Assembly (NCBI RefSeq): GCF_004010195.1
Contig: NC_057746.1
Coordinates: 17,603,327-17,667,326, forward strand
DNA from: Chiloscyllium plagiosum
Taxonomy: Eukaryota
DNA length: 64,000 bases
Reading direction: 5' to 3'
The notes beneath the pieces were generated by a model, which saw only the letters and a program-made list of their open reading frames with translations, did not search any database and was not told the DNA's origin. This document shows positions 14,101 to 25,720 of the stretch, piece by piece. Numbering within the stretch: position 1 is the first letter of the stretch; every line of letters begins with the position of its first letter. Made by a program: the position numbers and the translations under genes.

Positions 14101-14929
14101 TAAATCAAAAGGACACTGTGACAGGGTTAAAGCACTAGGTGGAATTCGAATTTGGTGAGCAAACCTGGAGCACAAAACTCGTGCCAGTGATGGTGACTGC
14201 AAAAACAATTGTCTGTGATGCTTCTCTGCCTGCTGAATAGTCTAAGAATCTATTCGATTTGCAGGGCCTTTAGAATTGAGCCATAAATATTGCCTTGCCA
14301 GCAATCTGCCTATCCCACAAGGGAAAAGAGATACTTGACCAGTCTGCAACGATTTGATGTTATACTCCCTGTAGACAAATCGGGTAATTTAAATATAGTA
14401 AGAAATCTATTGGTGCTCTGACATTAGGAGACATTATTGAAATCTTTTCACCAACAGAGGAGAAGGTAAAACATCGAGGCATCTTTACACTTCATCCTCT
14501 ACTGCTTAGCCGTCCAGGTGGAATATAGTGATCTATCCTGAGTTTATGCATGCCTACCATGAAACACCTTTGTGAAAACGTGTTGAAACATTGAATCAGA
14601 CGCGGGATGCCATCAAGGACAGGTGGACACCATGGGATGTGGATTGCTTTATTTGCCCCTCCAACTTTATTTTGATTCAATTAACACCCTTTCCTTTCAT
14701 CTTTTTCCACATAATCATTGTCCTCATCAGTCTTTGGCTTGTTAATGGTTCGCTTACCGATATGGGCGTTTTTCCTTGTGGTTGAAGTGTACAATAAAGT
14801 TCTTGTGCAATGGTGCCTTTTTCATCAGTCAGTGCACACACACACACACAATCACAGCTGCGCAGTGGTACAAAGGAATTATATAGAACATTAAAAGCCC
14901 TTTTTAGCATGAAGTATGTACTTATAAAT

Positions 14930-15620
14930 ATACACAAGTACATATATCTGTCCCATTTTCCCTTACTAGGCACATTGCCTTGGTGGGGTCCTCCAGATGC
15001 TAATCCAAATACTTTTTAAAAGATGTGAGCTTTCCTGCCTCAACTAATCTTCCATTCTCGATCACCCACACCTAAAACCCACCCCTCACCTCCGGCTGAA
15101 TGTAAGGATTTTTACTCAAATCCCCTTCGACCTTCCCACTTTTAATTTTAAAATTGTGTTGTCTTATTATTGACTCTTCAACTAAAGGGAACAGCTGCTT
15201 TACATTCTTTCTGTCCATCTCCTCATAATCTCAGGCAATTCTATTAGGACCCCCCTCCCACCTCAACCATCTCTGCTCTAACAAAACAACCCGAGCTTAT
15301 CGAGTCTCATGGCAGCCATGATAACGTATTGGTCAGTCTGCTCTGCACCCCCTCGAGTGCAATCACTCCTTTCTGGAGTGTGGTTACTAGAACTACACGC
15401 AGTATTGCAGCTGTGGTCTGACCAAAATTCTGTATAGCTCCAAAATAGCCTCCCTGCTCTTGCAATCTATACCTTGACTGATGAAAACAAGCGTCGTATA
15501 TGTCTTCTGAACTACCCGATTTATCTTTCCTACCACCTACAGGGAATTGCAGACAAGCACCCCAGGATCACTCTGTCCTTTTAGGTTCTTAATGTATACC
15601 ATTCATTGAATACTCCCTTG
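14930..15620 (-). mobile_element. Degraded CR1 LINE 3' region
   Basis: Reverse complement encodes a VRPQLQYCV..WSP-like motif and a CR1 3' UTR. Confidence 0.6.
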
Positions 15621-15832
15621 TCTGGTTGCATGTGTTCACATAAGCTGGGGATATTTGCCTGTGATATAGAGAGCGAAAACAAAACTTACAAACGGCCTGC
15701 AGTTTTTTTCTTCTTCTTTGTTTCCACTCCCTCATATCCGGAAACTGAACTCAAGTTCACTCGCTCGTTGAATGACTCAAATGTTCCAATTCAAATGCAA
15801 CCTGGATTATCAATCGACTGACTTCTGGGAGA

Positions 15833-15875
15833 ATGCATTGGATTGCAGTTACCTGGATCACCGCTGTGCTCTCAG
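15833..15875 (+). CDS. Inhibitory NCR3/NKp30-like VJ-Ig receptor, exon 1 (leader MHWIAVTWITAVLS)
   Basis: ATG plus a hydrophobic run, strong donor CAG|GTAAGC, phase 1 matching the V exon. Confidence 0.8.
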
Positions 15876-16488
15876 GTAAGCAGGTTTTGACATGAATTCA
15901 CACCAGGTTCGCACAAGCAAGCATAATTTTTTGTCATGTTATTTGCCTTTTTAGAGTGGGGACACCTTAATATCTCAACACTGTGGTAATGCATGACCTC
16001 TGAGCAATCCGAACCCATTTATACATGAATGAGAGAACTGTCGTCCAGAAGATGATGCTTCGTAGTTACTGGTCGTGAACTAAAGCATTGAGTTGAACGG
16101 CTAATAATCCGAAGGAAAATACAGGGGGGTCGACATTAGAAATGATAACACTGATAAGATAAATGAAAAAGCATTGGTTAAGATAAGGAGAGTTGAAGAT
16201 AACTCCTATCTAAGTAGTCAGAATGCGGCTGAGAAATATGGATAGATAGCCAGATCGATGGAATAGTAGATAGACAAACACAGGCAGGTGAAGGAAAGAT
16301 AGGCATACAGATCATTGGATGGATATTGCGATAGACAGGCATACATAAATAATTAGATTTTTGGAGAGGCAAATCAATACACAGATAAATGGGCATAACT
16401 GTACAGAAAAAAAAGGTTGATAGACAGACATGCAGAACGAAATCCCAATAGCCAGATGACTAAACAGACAGACGGAGAGAAAAACAGG

Positions 16489-16535
<47 letters not shown>

Positions 16536-16536
16536 T

Positions 16537-16571
<35 letters not shown>

Positions 16572-16739
16572 NNNNNNNNNNNNNNNNNNNNNNNNNNNNN
16601 NNNNNNNNNNNNNNNNNNNNNNNNNNNNNNNNNNNNNNNNNNNNNNNNNNNNNNNNNNNNNNNNNNNNNNNNNNNNNNNNNNNNNNNNNNNNNNNNNNNN
16701 NNNNNNNNNNNNNNNNNNNNNNNNNNNNNNNNNNNNNNN
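16489..16739. repeat. (GATA)n microsatellite followed by an assembly gap (N 16572-16739)
   Basis: Directly visible. Confidence 0.95.
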
Positions 16740-18209
16740 GCAAATAGAAAGAAAGAAGGGGAAAGACAGAGCTGAAATGGATGGAAATTAGAGGCGGATC
16801 AAAAGAAGTGGGTCCTGTCTCCGAGAGCGTTTTGGTATGATTATAAAATGCTTTTGATTTCAGAAAGACACTTTGCCATTTGCTTCTGCCTCATAGGACA
16901 ATGGATACATGCTTAACATCAGCGTTCGAAATGGAATGGCAAAATCCTTAAAAGTCACATAGGTGCATCGATATAAGGAAAAAAGAGGCAGGTGCGAGCG
17001 GATTCACTTCCAATAGAATGAAAACAATCTCCGCAGAGTGAATAGCTTCATTCTCTGCTGTAGGATTCCAGGATTTTATTTTTCATTCAACATTTTACAA
17101 ATATTCCCTATCCCTGAGAATGTCGGATGAGCGTCTTGCAGTGTCGGCTGGATCTAGCCAAATGCCACGCTCCTAGTTTTTTTTTTGTATAACCCAATCA
17201 ATTCTAGCCCTTTCACAGAAAACGTAGGACTACGGAAAACTGGAGGAGGTGTCGGCAATTCGTCGCTTCTCGCCTGCTTCACCATTCATTATGATCATGA
17301 CCGATCATCCAATTCAATAGCCTGCTTCTTCTAAACCCCAAGTTTCTCTTCTTTTAGACCCAAGTGTTTATCCAAATCCTTCTTGAAAACTGTCAATGTT
17401 TGGCTCCGAATGTTTTCTGAGGCAGAAAATTCCACAGGCTCACCACTCTCTGGGTAAAGACATTGCCCTCATCTCAGTCCCAAATGAGCTACCACATTTT
17501 CTTAGTCCGGGACCCCTGGTTCTGGCCTCACCGACCATTGGAAATATCCTTCCTGCATTTACCCTACCTATGTCGGCCCATCTCTATGAGCTCCAATGTA
17601 TATAACCTTAACACAACCCTTGTCTAGTCCTTATTGTGGGGTAATTGCTACGCCTCTGTGTCTGACGGATTAAACATTTCCTTGATCAGTAATTAAAGAG
17701 TTCTTAAAGAGATGTTGGCTGGTTATTTAGCGTATATACAGCGGTAAACCGTTCACTGTTTGGTAATGTCACTGCAAAAAGGGTAGGAAATTTGCCGAAA
17801 TGCAAACCCTTTCTGGTTTAGTCCTTTTCCAGTCATTAATGTTTCACAGTGAGGCATTCAACCGACTCAGCACAGATTCCAATGTGATGTGACTAGCACC
17901 GTGACAGTACCTATCCATCTAAATGGAAATCTGTCCCACCTGAAAGGCGCATGTATCAAGCTGGTGAAAACAGATGGCTTTATTTTGTATGTGGTATTAA
18001 TTCACGCTTCGTGATAATATGAAAAAAGGCAATGATAACTTGTGTGGGCCAATCTGGAACTTGGTCTGGTTTAGCACCTTCGGACGAACATAAAACTGCA
18101 ACAGAGAAAGGGGCTCCTTAACTAAAATAATGTCCCCAGAACCATAACATAGCGCAGCTGATAGATCTTGAATGCGCCGTGATGTATTATAAGCATAATT
18201 TTAATTTGA

Positions 18210-18432
18210 GGAGAAAGTGAGGACTGCAGATGCTGGAGATCAGAGCTGAAAATGTGTTGCTGGAAAAGCGCAGCTGGTCAGGCAGCATCCTAGGAACGGG
18301 CGAATCGACGTTTCGGGCATGAGCCCTTCTTCAGGACTCCTGAAGAAGGGCTCATGCCCGAAACGTCGATTCTCCTACTCCTTGGATGCTGCCTCACCTG
18401 CTGCGCTTTTCCAGCAACACATTTTCAGCTCT
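18210..18432. mobile_element. Palindromic Penelope-derived non-autonomous element with hammerhead-like motifs
   Basis: ~95-bp inverted arms centred at 18337; flanking duplication taattttaatttga (18196-18209 / 18432-18445); CTGAAGA-a-GGGC tcat GCCC-GAAA-CG-TC on both strands. Confidence 0.8.
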
Positions 18433-18517
18433 AATTTTAATTTGAAACGGGAATGATATAACATGCTTTAAAAAATCTGGACTGCACTTTTATGAAGTTT
18501 GTTTTATCCACCTGCAG

Positions 18518-18859
18518 CAGTTGTTCTTGGAAATATCACGGTAATTCAGAGTCCGGAATCTCTCATCAAAATGCCGGGTCAGACAGCACGCCTGAGCTGT
18601 ACTTATCAGGGGCCTAGTGCTATCGGCGGTTACACGTGGCACCGAGGCAACACACGAGGGAATGAAGTCTCCAACAGCACACCGGAGTTCCGAGACCGCG
18701 TGCTTGCGGCCAGTCAAGAGGATTTCAGAGTCAGGAGAGACGCCTCGATCTGCATCATCGATCTGAAACCAGAGGATACCGGGTTCTATGTTTGCAAAGT
18801 GGCTTTCATGGGGATGGGGGAAGCCTATGGAGCAGGGACCACAGTGATTGTTACACGGG
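18518..18859 (+). CDS. Inhibitory NCR3/NKp30-like receptor, exon 2 (germline-joined VJ Ig domain)
   Basis: V-set hallmarks LSC, YTW, DLKPEDTGFYVC and J-like YGAGTTVIV; acceptor cctgcag| (NAGNAG); donor G|GTAAGT; phase 1-1. Confidence 0.92.
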
Positions 18860-18960
18860 GTAAGTGCGGCGTAACAGAGTTATTCCTAACAGAACAAACC
18901 TGGGGGAATATTGCAGTAATGTGTGTTTTTTTTTTCATTAGGCGATCTATTCACTAAATA

Positions 18961-19173
18961 GGAGAAAGTGAGGTCTGCAGATGCTGGAGATCAGAGATGG
19001 AAATGTGTTGCTGGAAAAGCGCAGCAGGTCAGGCAGCATCTAGGGAACAGGAGAATCGACGTTTCGGGCATTAGCCCTTCCTGAAGAAGGGCTAATGCCC
19101 GAAACGTCGATTCTCCTGTTCCCTAGATGCTGCCTGACCTGCTGCGCTTTTCCAGCAACACATTTCCATCTCT
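18961..19173. mobile_element. Second copy of the palindromic Penelope-derived element
   Basis: Perfect 88-bp inverted arms (18993-19080 / 19086-19173); flanking duplication tctattcactaaatag. Confidence 0.82.
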
Positions 19174-19712
19174 ATTCACTAAATAGACCGATGCTGCGAT
19201 CTGCACCACAAGGACATCAGCGGCAGTTACCCCTCCAATTGCTACGCCATCCTGGCTTGGAATGATTATTAGCTTGCAGCACCTAGTTCAACTTCCTGTT
19301 ATGCCGTCCCTTACAGCACTGTCGGTGTGTGAGACCAGACAGACCACAGTTCTATATAGGACAAGGAACCAGAAGTAGGCCATCAGGCGCTCCAGTCTGT
19401 TTCACTATTTAATGAGATTAGAGCTGACCCATAAACTAGCTCCATATACCTGTCTTTGGCCTTTAACCCTAATACATTTGATTAACAAAAAAAGAATATC
19501 TATCTACGATTTAAATTAACAATGGATCCAGCATTCACTACCGATTGTGGAAGGGATTTCCAAATATCTACCACCCTTTGTGTGCATATATATTTCCTAA
19601 CATCTCTCCTGAACAGGCTGGCCTTAATTCTCAAAGTATACCCCTCAATTCCAAAATCCTCCTTCAGATGATATAGTTTCAATCAGGCAACTTATCATCT
19701 TCATCGTAGTCA

Positions 19713-21145
19713 TTGTCTACAGGAATAATGCCAGAAGACTGGAGGATAGCAAATGTTGTTCCCTTGTTCAAGAAGGAGAGCAGAGACAACCGAAGTAATT
19801 ATAGACCAGTGAGCCTGACTTCGGTTGTGGGTAAAGTGTTGGAAGAGGTTATAAGAGATAGGATTTATTGTCATCTAGAAAGGAATAAGTTGATTTAGGC
19901 ATAGTCAAAACCGTTTTGAGAAGGGTAGGTCGTACCTCACAAACCTTATAGAGTTATTTGAGATGGTGACCAAACAGTTGGATGAGGGTAAAGTGGTTAA
20001 TGTGGTGTATATAGATTTCAGTAAGGTTCCCCACTGTAAGCTATTGCACAAAATACAGAGGCATGTGATTGAGGGTGATTTAGCGGCTTGGATCATAAAT
20101 TGGCTAGCTGAAGGAAGACAAAAGGTGGTGGCTAATGGGAAATATTTATCCTGGATTTCAGTTACTAGTGGAGTACCACAAGGATCTGTTCTGGGGCCAC
20201 TGTTTGTCATTTTTATAAATGACCTGGATGAGGGCATAGAAGGATGTATTAGTAAATTTGCTGATGTCACAAAGGTTGGTAGGGTTGTGGATAGTGGTGA
20301 AGGATGATTGTAGGTTATAGAGGGACATAGATAAGCTGCAGAGCTGGGCTCAGAGGTGGAAAATTGGGTTTAATGCCGATAAGTGCGAGGTGATTCACTT
20401 TGGAAGGAGTAACAGAATGCAGAATACTGGGCTAATTGTAAGATTCTTGGTAGTAAAGATGAGCAGAGAGATCTCGGTGTCCAGGTATATATATCCTTGA
20501 AAGTTGCCACCCAGGTGGGCAGGGTTGTTAAGAAGGCATACGCTGTGTTAGCTTTTATTGGTAGGGGGATTGAGTTTTGGAACCAAAAGATCATTTTGCA
20601 GTTGTAAAGAATTCTGGTGCAGCCACACTTGGAGTATTGCAAATAGTTCTGGCCACCGCATTATAGGAAGGATGTGGAAGCTTTGGAAAGGGTTCAGAGG
20701 ACATTTGCTAGGATGTTGCCTGGTATGGAGGGAAGGTATGAGAAAAAGCTGAGGGATTTGAGGTTATTTTCGTTAGAGAGAAGAAGGTTGACAGGTGATT
20801 TAATTGAGACACATAAGATAATTAGAGGGTTTAATAGGTTGGACAGTGGGACCCTTTTTCCTCGGATGGCTATGGCTAGCATGAAAGCATATAGCTTTAA
20901 CTTGGGGGGTGATAGATATAGGACAGATGTCAGAGGTAATTTCTTTACTCTGAGAGTAGTCGACGCATGGAACGCATTGTCTGCAACAGTAGGATACTTG
21001 CCAACTTTAAGCGGTTATAAGTGGTCATTTGATAGGCATATGGACGAGAATGGAATAGTGTAGGTTAGATGGGCTTCAGATTGTTTTCACAGGTCAGCAC
21101 AACATCGATGGCACTGTAATGTTCTGTGATCCAGTTTCTATGTTC
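19713..21145 (+). mobile_element. 5'-truncated CR1 LINE (RT ORF2, disrupted)
   Basis: [43 protein letters not shown] and SLERRRL motifs across broken ORFs. Confidence 0.93.
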
Positions 21146-21588
21146 AGAAAGAAGCCGACAATGGATGCTGGCTTTGTAAACAATGGCTGAATTTCCCAGA
21201 AGACTTGATAGATATTATTAAAATTGCATTCAGTATAGTTATAGATAAACCTTCAAAAAAAGTCAGGCTTTGGGGAATTAGAGTCCCAATGAGGGCGACT
21301 GCTTAGTGTCTCAGTTTGGGAGAAATGATACCCGGTGACCAACGACATAAAATTGACACCAGTGCCTTAGCGTCCCTGAATCAACATCCCGATAGTGGAA
21401 CTTAAAGAATAGGAATCACTCCAATTGGCCATTAGCTCAGTTTGTGTTTTCAATTGATGACTGGGTTTGGTCAAGACCAGTTAAAAATATTAGTCAAGAG
21501 CCACACATCTTATTGAATTGAAGCCTTGTGCCCAATTCACTGACCATCTTTCTGCCCTTGACTGTTCTTTCTGTACACTTTCTCCCAG

Positions 21589-21714
21589 GTAACAACGGGA
21601 GCAGCAAAGCGGAGTCCAAGTCAACTACCTCAACATTTGTCATTGCAGTAACGGTGATGGTGCCTCTCCTGATCATCATCGTGATGATTGTTGTCAAATC
21701 CTGCCGAAAGACTG
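21589..21714 (+). CDS. Inhibitory NCR3-like receptor, exon 3 (stalk plus uncharged TM)
   Basis: Polypyrimidine tract plus cccag|; encodes GNNGSSKAESKSTTSTFVIAVTVMVPLLIIIVMIVVKSCRKT; donor G|GTAACA; phase 1-1. Confidence 0.88.
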
Positions 21715-22649
21715 GTAACAATATTAATTTACCTGTTCATGTCATAGAGACAGAGTCATACAGCATTGAAAACAGACCTTTGATCCACCCATCCTTGCTG
21801 ACCAAACTGAACTAGTCTCAATTCCCTGCGTTTGGCGCAAACTATCTAAATTATTCCTATTTATGTACATTTCCAAATGTACCTGCACCGAATACTCCAT
21901 CTGGTAGTTTATTCCACATTCGTTGCACTCTCTGTGTGAAGGAGTTGCCCTATGGTTCCTCTCAACCTAAACTTATGCCCCCCTCATTCTGAACTCTACT
22001 ACATTTAAATGTCCTTCTAACAGAAGGGTGAACCCAAGGTCCCAGATGAAGCCATCCCCATGGGTACCGAACTTGACTATCAGCCTCTGCTTGGCTACTC
22101 GGCATTGTTGCTAGTCCCGAAGTCTGTCTTGTAGGATGGTCACCTGAAGATCCGAAGCCGAATGTCCTGGACCGCTGAAGTGTCCCCCGACTGGGAAAGA
22201 ACACTCCTGCCTGGTGATTATTACACGGTGTCAACTCACTGGTATTGTTCAAAAATACACAGCTCTGTCTCCCTGCTTGGTGTAAGTTCTCCACTCTGCA
22301 GCTGTCTTTGTTAATTTTGCACCTTGCGTCTACCTGCTGGTTAGCTCAGTTGGCTGGGTGACCAGTTAACAATAGGAAGAGTTTCTAAAAGCACAAGTTC
22401 AGCTCCCATACTGGGTCCGGTTGCTTTGAGGACCCTGTTTAATTACAGTTGCTGCTAGTTCTAACGCTCTGAGGGGGAACTGTAGTGACTTGCCAAACTC
22501 TGCATCCTTTCTTACAATATTGTAACAGTATCCTATGTAAAATAGTCCTTTGTTACATTTACTCATTAGTAGGAATGCATCTCCTTGGCCTTGCACATTT
22601 GACCATGTTCCGTGTTTTAGTTTTAACTTTTCTTTTGTTCATCCTTGAG

Positions 22650-23122
22650 ATTGGGCAGGCCAAAGGGAGAGGCTGAATAGGCTGGTGCTGTTTTCCCTGG
22701 AGTGTCAGAGGCTGAGGGGTGACCTTATAGAGGTTTATAAAATCATGAGGGGCATAGGTAAGGTAAATAGACAAGATCTCATCCCTGGGTTGATTGGCCA
22801 TGCGAAATTGCCCATAGTGTCCTGAGGTGTGCATGCCAGAACTAGAGATTTAGGAAGAGAGAGGAAAGATATAAAAGGGTCCTAAGGGGGAACGTTTTCA
22901 TGCAGAGGGTGGTACGTGTATGGAATGAGCTGCCAAAGGAAGTGGGGGAGGCTGGTACAATTACAGCACTTAAAAGGCATCTGGATGTGTATCCTGAATA
23001 GGAAGGGTTTAGAGGGATATGGGCCAAGTGCTGGCAAATGGGACTAGATTAACTTGGGATATCTGGTCAGCACGGATGACTTGGACTGAAGGGTCTGTCT
23101 CTGTGCTGTATGACTCTATGAC
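22650..23122 (+). mobile_element. CR1 LINE 3' end with a small SINE-derived insert
   Basis: RLRGDLIEVYKIMRG motif and tatgactctatgactc tail. Confidence 0.8.
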
Positions 23123-23379
23123 TCGGGTGAAATGTTTGTTGCTAATCCTTAGTTGCGCCATGGGAAACTGGATATTCTTCCTGTGCTCCCGCTCACAGTG
23201 TGGGGCTGGAAAAGGGCGAGTCCAGGACTGTGACTAAGTGACAGTGAGAGAGTGGTCGATGCACCGTATTTCCAAATCGGCAGGGAATTTGGAGGTGGTG
23301 TTGTTTCCACTACCCTATGATACCCCCGGCCCCGGCCCCTATTAAGGGCCGCAGGGGTTAAAGTCAAAAGCATATCCAC

Positions 23380-23535
23380 TGTAACCTGCACTTCATTCAG
23401 CTGTGGGAGGAAACCCACAGAGAGACGGGGAAAATATGTAAGCTGCACACAGACAGTTACCCGAGGTGGGAATCACACCCGGGTCCCTATCGCCGTGAGA
23501 CAGCAGCGCTAGCCACCGAGCTAAGTGGCAACCTC
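23380..23535 (-). mobile_element. HE1-like tRNA-derived SINE 5' part
   Basis: Reverse complement gives the gctcggtggctagcgctgctgtctcacggc...ccgggtgtgattcccacc head. Confidence 0.6.
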
Positions 23536-24154
23536 CGTTGGTCACAGGTATTTCGGGATATTGGATAAAAGCCCATAAATACTATTTGATTAAACGTTAA
23601 TTGTAAAGCAGGCTTGCGGGTTAAATTGCCCTGAATTGTTTATATACAAGCAGAGGCCTCACCAATGTCCTGCACAACCACAACGTGACATCCCTGCTCG
23701 GATACTCAAGGCTCTGATCAATGAAGGCAAGCATGCCAAATTCCTTCTTCGCCACCCTCTCTGTCGGGGATGCCAATCTCAAGGAATTATGCGCCTGAAT
23801 CCCTAGGTCTTTCTGTTCCACAATGCTTCCCGTGGCTCTAGCATAAATTGTCTAAGTCTTGCCCTGGTCCGCCTTGCATATCGATATCCGAAAGGCAATA
23901 ACTTTTTAAAGTTTTAACCTTAGAAGTCAGCCAGGCTGAGTTGGAATGCCGCCTGTAAACCACCCGATTCCGCTTAGCCATTGGTTGAAAGTAGCATTGG
24001 GATTTTTAGTGAGTGAAAGCGGTGCTGTCCCCTTCGCACCAGGCCAGTCGCTCAAGGAGAGTTAACATAGACAATGCATTATATCCATAAGAAGTAAACT
24101 AAGTCATGGACTCAGAAATGTAATGATGCTGTTATCACCTTCCTTTCTCCACAG

Positions 24155-24176
24155 CCACTCTTCAGCAACCCGAAAG
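24155..24176 (+). CDS. Inhibitory NCR3-like receptor, exon 4 (cytoplasmic mini-exon ATLQQPE)
   Basis: ccttcctttctccacag| ... AAAG|GTAAGC; 22 nt; phase 1-2. Confidence 0.78.
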
Positions 24177-24269
24177 GTAAGCGTCTGCACTTTTTGATGT
24201 CAAGACAGGCGTTGTCAATGTTTTCTTCAATATCTAATTTTCCTTACTGCCCTTTCTGTATTGCTGCAG

Positions 24270-24304
24270 CTCGGATCCACTGTATGCAGAGATGCACGAA
24301 GGAG
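24270..24304 (+). CDS. Inhibitory NCR3-like receptor, exon 5 (SSDPLYAEMHEG)
   Basis: ttgctgcag| ... GAG|GTGAGT; 35 nt; phase 2-1; contains a Tyr motif. Confidence 0.78.
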
Positions 24305-24995
24305 GTGAGTAACAGAGATAAGTATGCATATGTCATTAAAACACTTTCAATCGAGCGAGTTCGACTTCTAATTGATGGTGTGGTTAATTGTGTTATCTGT
24401 CAATTATAATCTGAAGATCTGTCAGAAACTAGAACGTCAAGATTAACGATGACTTAGAAAAAGCAAAGGGGGCATGTGAATTTTCTTGGTTTAGTTCGGC
24501 GAATCAGCGTGATCTGGAAAACATTGGCAGATGGGTACGCTTGTGGAAGAGATTAAGAGAAACTTTCGCTAAAAAATGTGTATTTATTTAAAATAAGACG
24601 ACTTTCAGGATAATTTGGGAAGGTGTGCTGGCTGCACTTCCAAAAGTTAGCCCTTATAGGTCGAGCCGAATTACCTCCATGGGCCGTAACTGAGTACGCA
24701 TTCCATTTTCTTCGACATTCATTCTTTGAGACATATCAGCTATTGCTGTTTGCAAACATGCTGTTTACAACTAAGCCATGTTGCATTCCGTAACATTATA
24801 ATGCCGGATACTGTGTTTAAATCTATAACTTTAATCAAGTTAATTAAATTAAACTTTGCTATTCCCTACGATGCTAATTCCCGGTGAAAGACGTTTGCCC
24901 GAAACGTCGATTCTCCTGCTCCTCGGATGCTGCCTGACCTGCTGTGATTTTCCCGTACCACATTCTCGATGCTAATACCTACGTCTGTTTTCTAG

Positions 24996-25036
24996 AGACC
25001 AATTATGTCCGCTCTGAATGCAGAAGAACCAATCGG
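24996..25036 (+). CDS. Inhibitory NCR3-like receptor, exon 6 (ETNYVRSECRRTNR)
   Basis: tctgttttctag| ... CGG|GTATGT; 41 nt; phase 1-0 bridges exons 5 and 7. Confidence 0.68.
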
Positions 25037-25159
25037 GTATGTAACGCTAATTATGTAATGGCTAAACTCGGTGACCTAGTTGTTAATATCTCCAACTAGA
25101 TTTTAATTATCGTCATTGACTGTGCAGATTTAGATAAAGAAGCCAGGATTCTCGTAGAG

Positions 25160-25720
25160 ACCTCTGTACAAAACGCTAGTGCGGCCTCACTTGGAGTATT
25201 GTGTACAGTTCTGGTGGCCCCATTACAGGAAGGATGTGGAAGCATTGGAAAATGTGCAGAGGAGATTTGACTGGATGTTGCCTGGTCTGGGGTGAAGGTC
25301 TTGTGAGGGAAGGCTGAGGGATTTGGATCTGTTCTCATTGGAGAGAAGAAGGCTAAGAGGGGATTTAATAGAGACATACAATATGACCAGAGCATTAGAT
25401 AGGGTGGACAGTGAGAGTTTTTTTCCTAGGATGATGACATCTCCTTGTACGAGGAGACATAGCTGCAAATTGAGGGGTCATAGATTTAAGACAGCTGTCA
25501 CAGGCAGTTTCTTTACTCAGAGAGTGGTAAGGGAGTTGAATGCCCTGCCTACCAATGTAGTTAACAGCCACGGAAGGGGCATTTAAGCAGTCCTTGGATA
25601 AACTCATGGATGATGATAGGATAGTGCAGGGTGATAGGCCTAGCTTAGTTTACAGGTCGGCGCAACATCGACGGCCAAAGGGCCTGTTCTGTGCTGTATT
25701 GTTCTATGTTCTGTGTTCTT
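25160..25720 (+). mobile_element. CR1 LINE 3' end
   Basis: [13 protein letters not shown] and FSLERRRLRGDLIETY motifs; gttctatgttct tail. Confidence 0.88.

Noticed and set aside
18840-18890. CACAGTG heptamer at the end of the V exon as a V(D)J recombination signal
   Set aside because: It lies inside the J-like coding strand and has no nonamer at 12- or 23-bp spacing; V and J are already joined, so this is not a rearranging Ig/TCR locus
18242-19173. Palindromes as miRNA precursors or CRISPR-like repeats
   Set aside because: Dispersed copies with flanking duplications and PLE-type motifs indicate retroelement origin; there is no spacer array and the context is eukaryotic
23199-23233. Alternative terminal exon (VWGWKRASPGL*) for the inhibitory receptor
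   Set aside because: An acceptor-like sequence exists but nothing else supports it, and it sits among repeats
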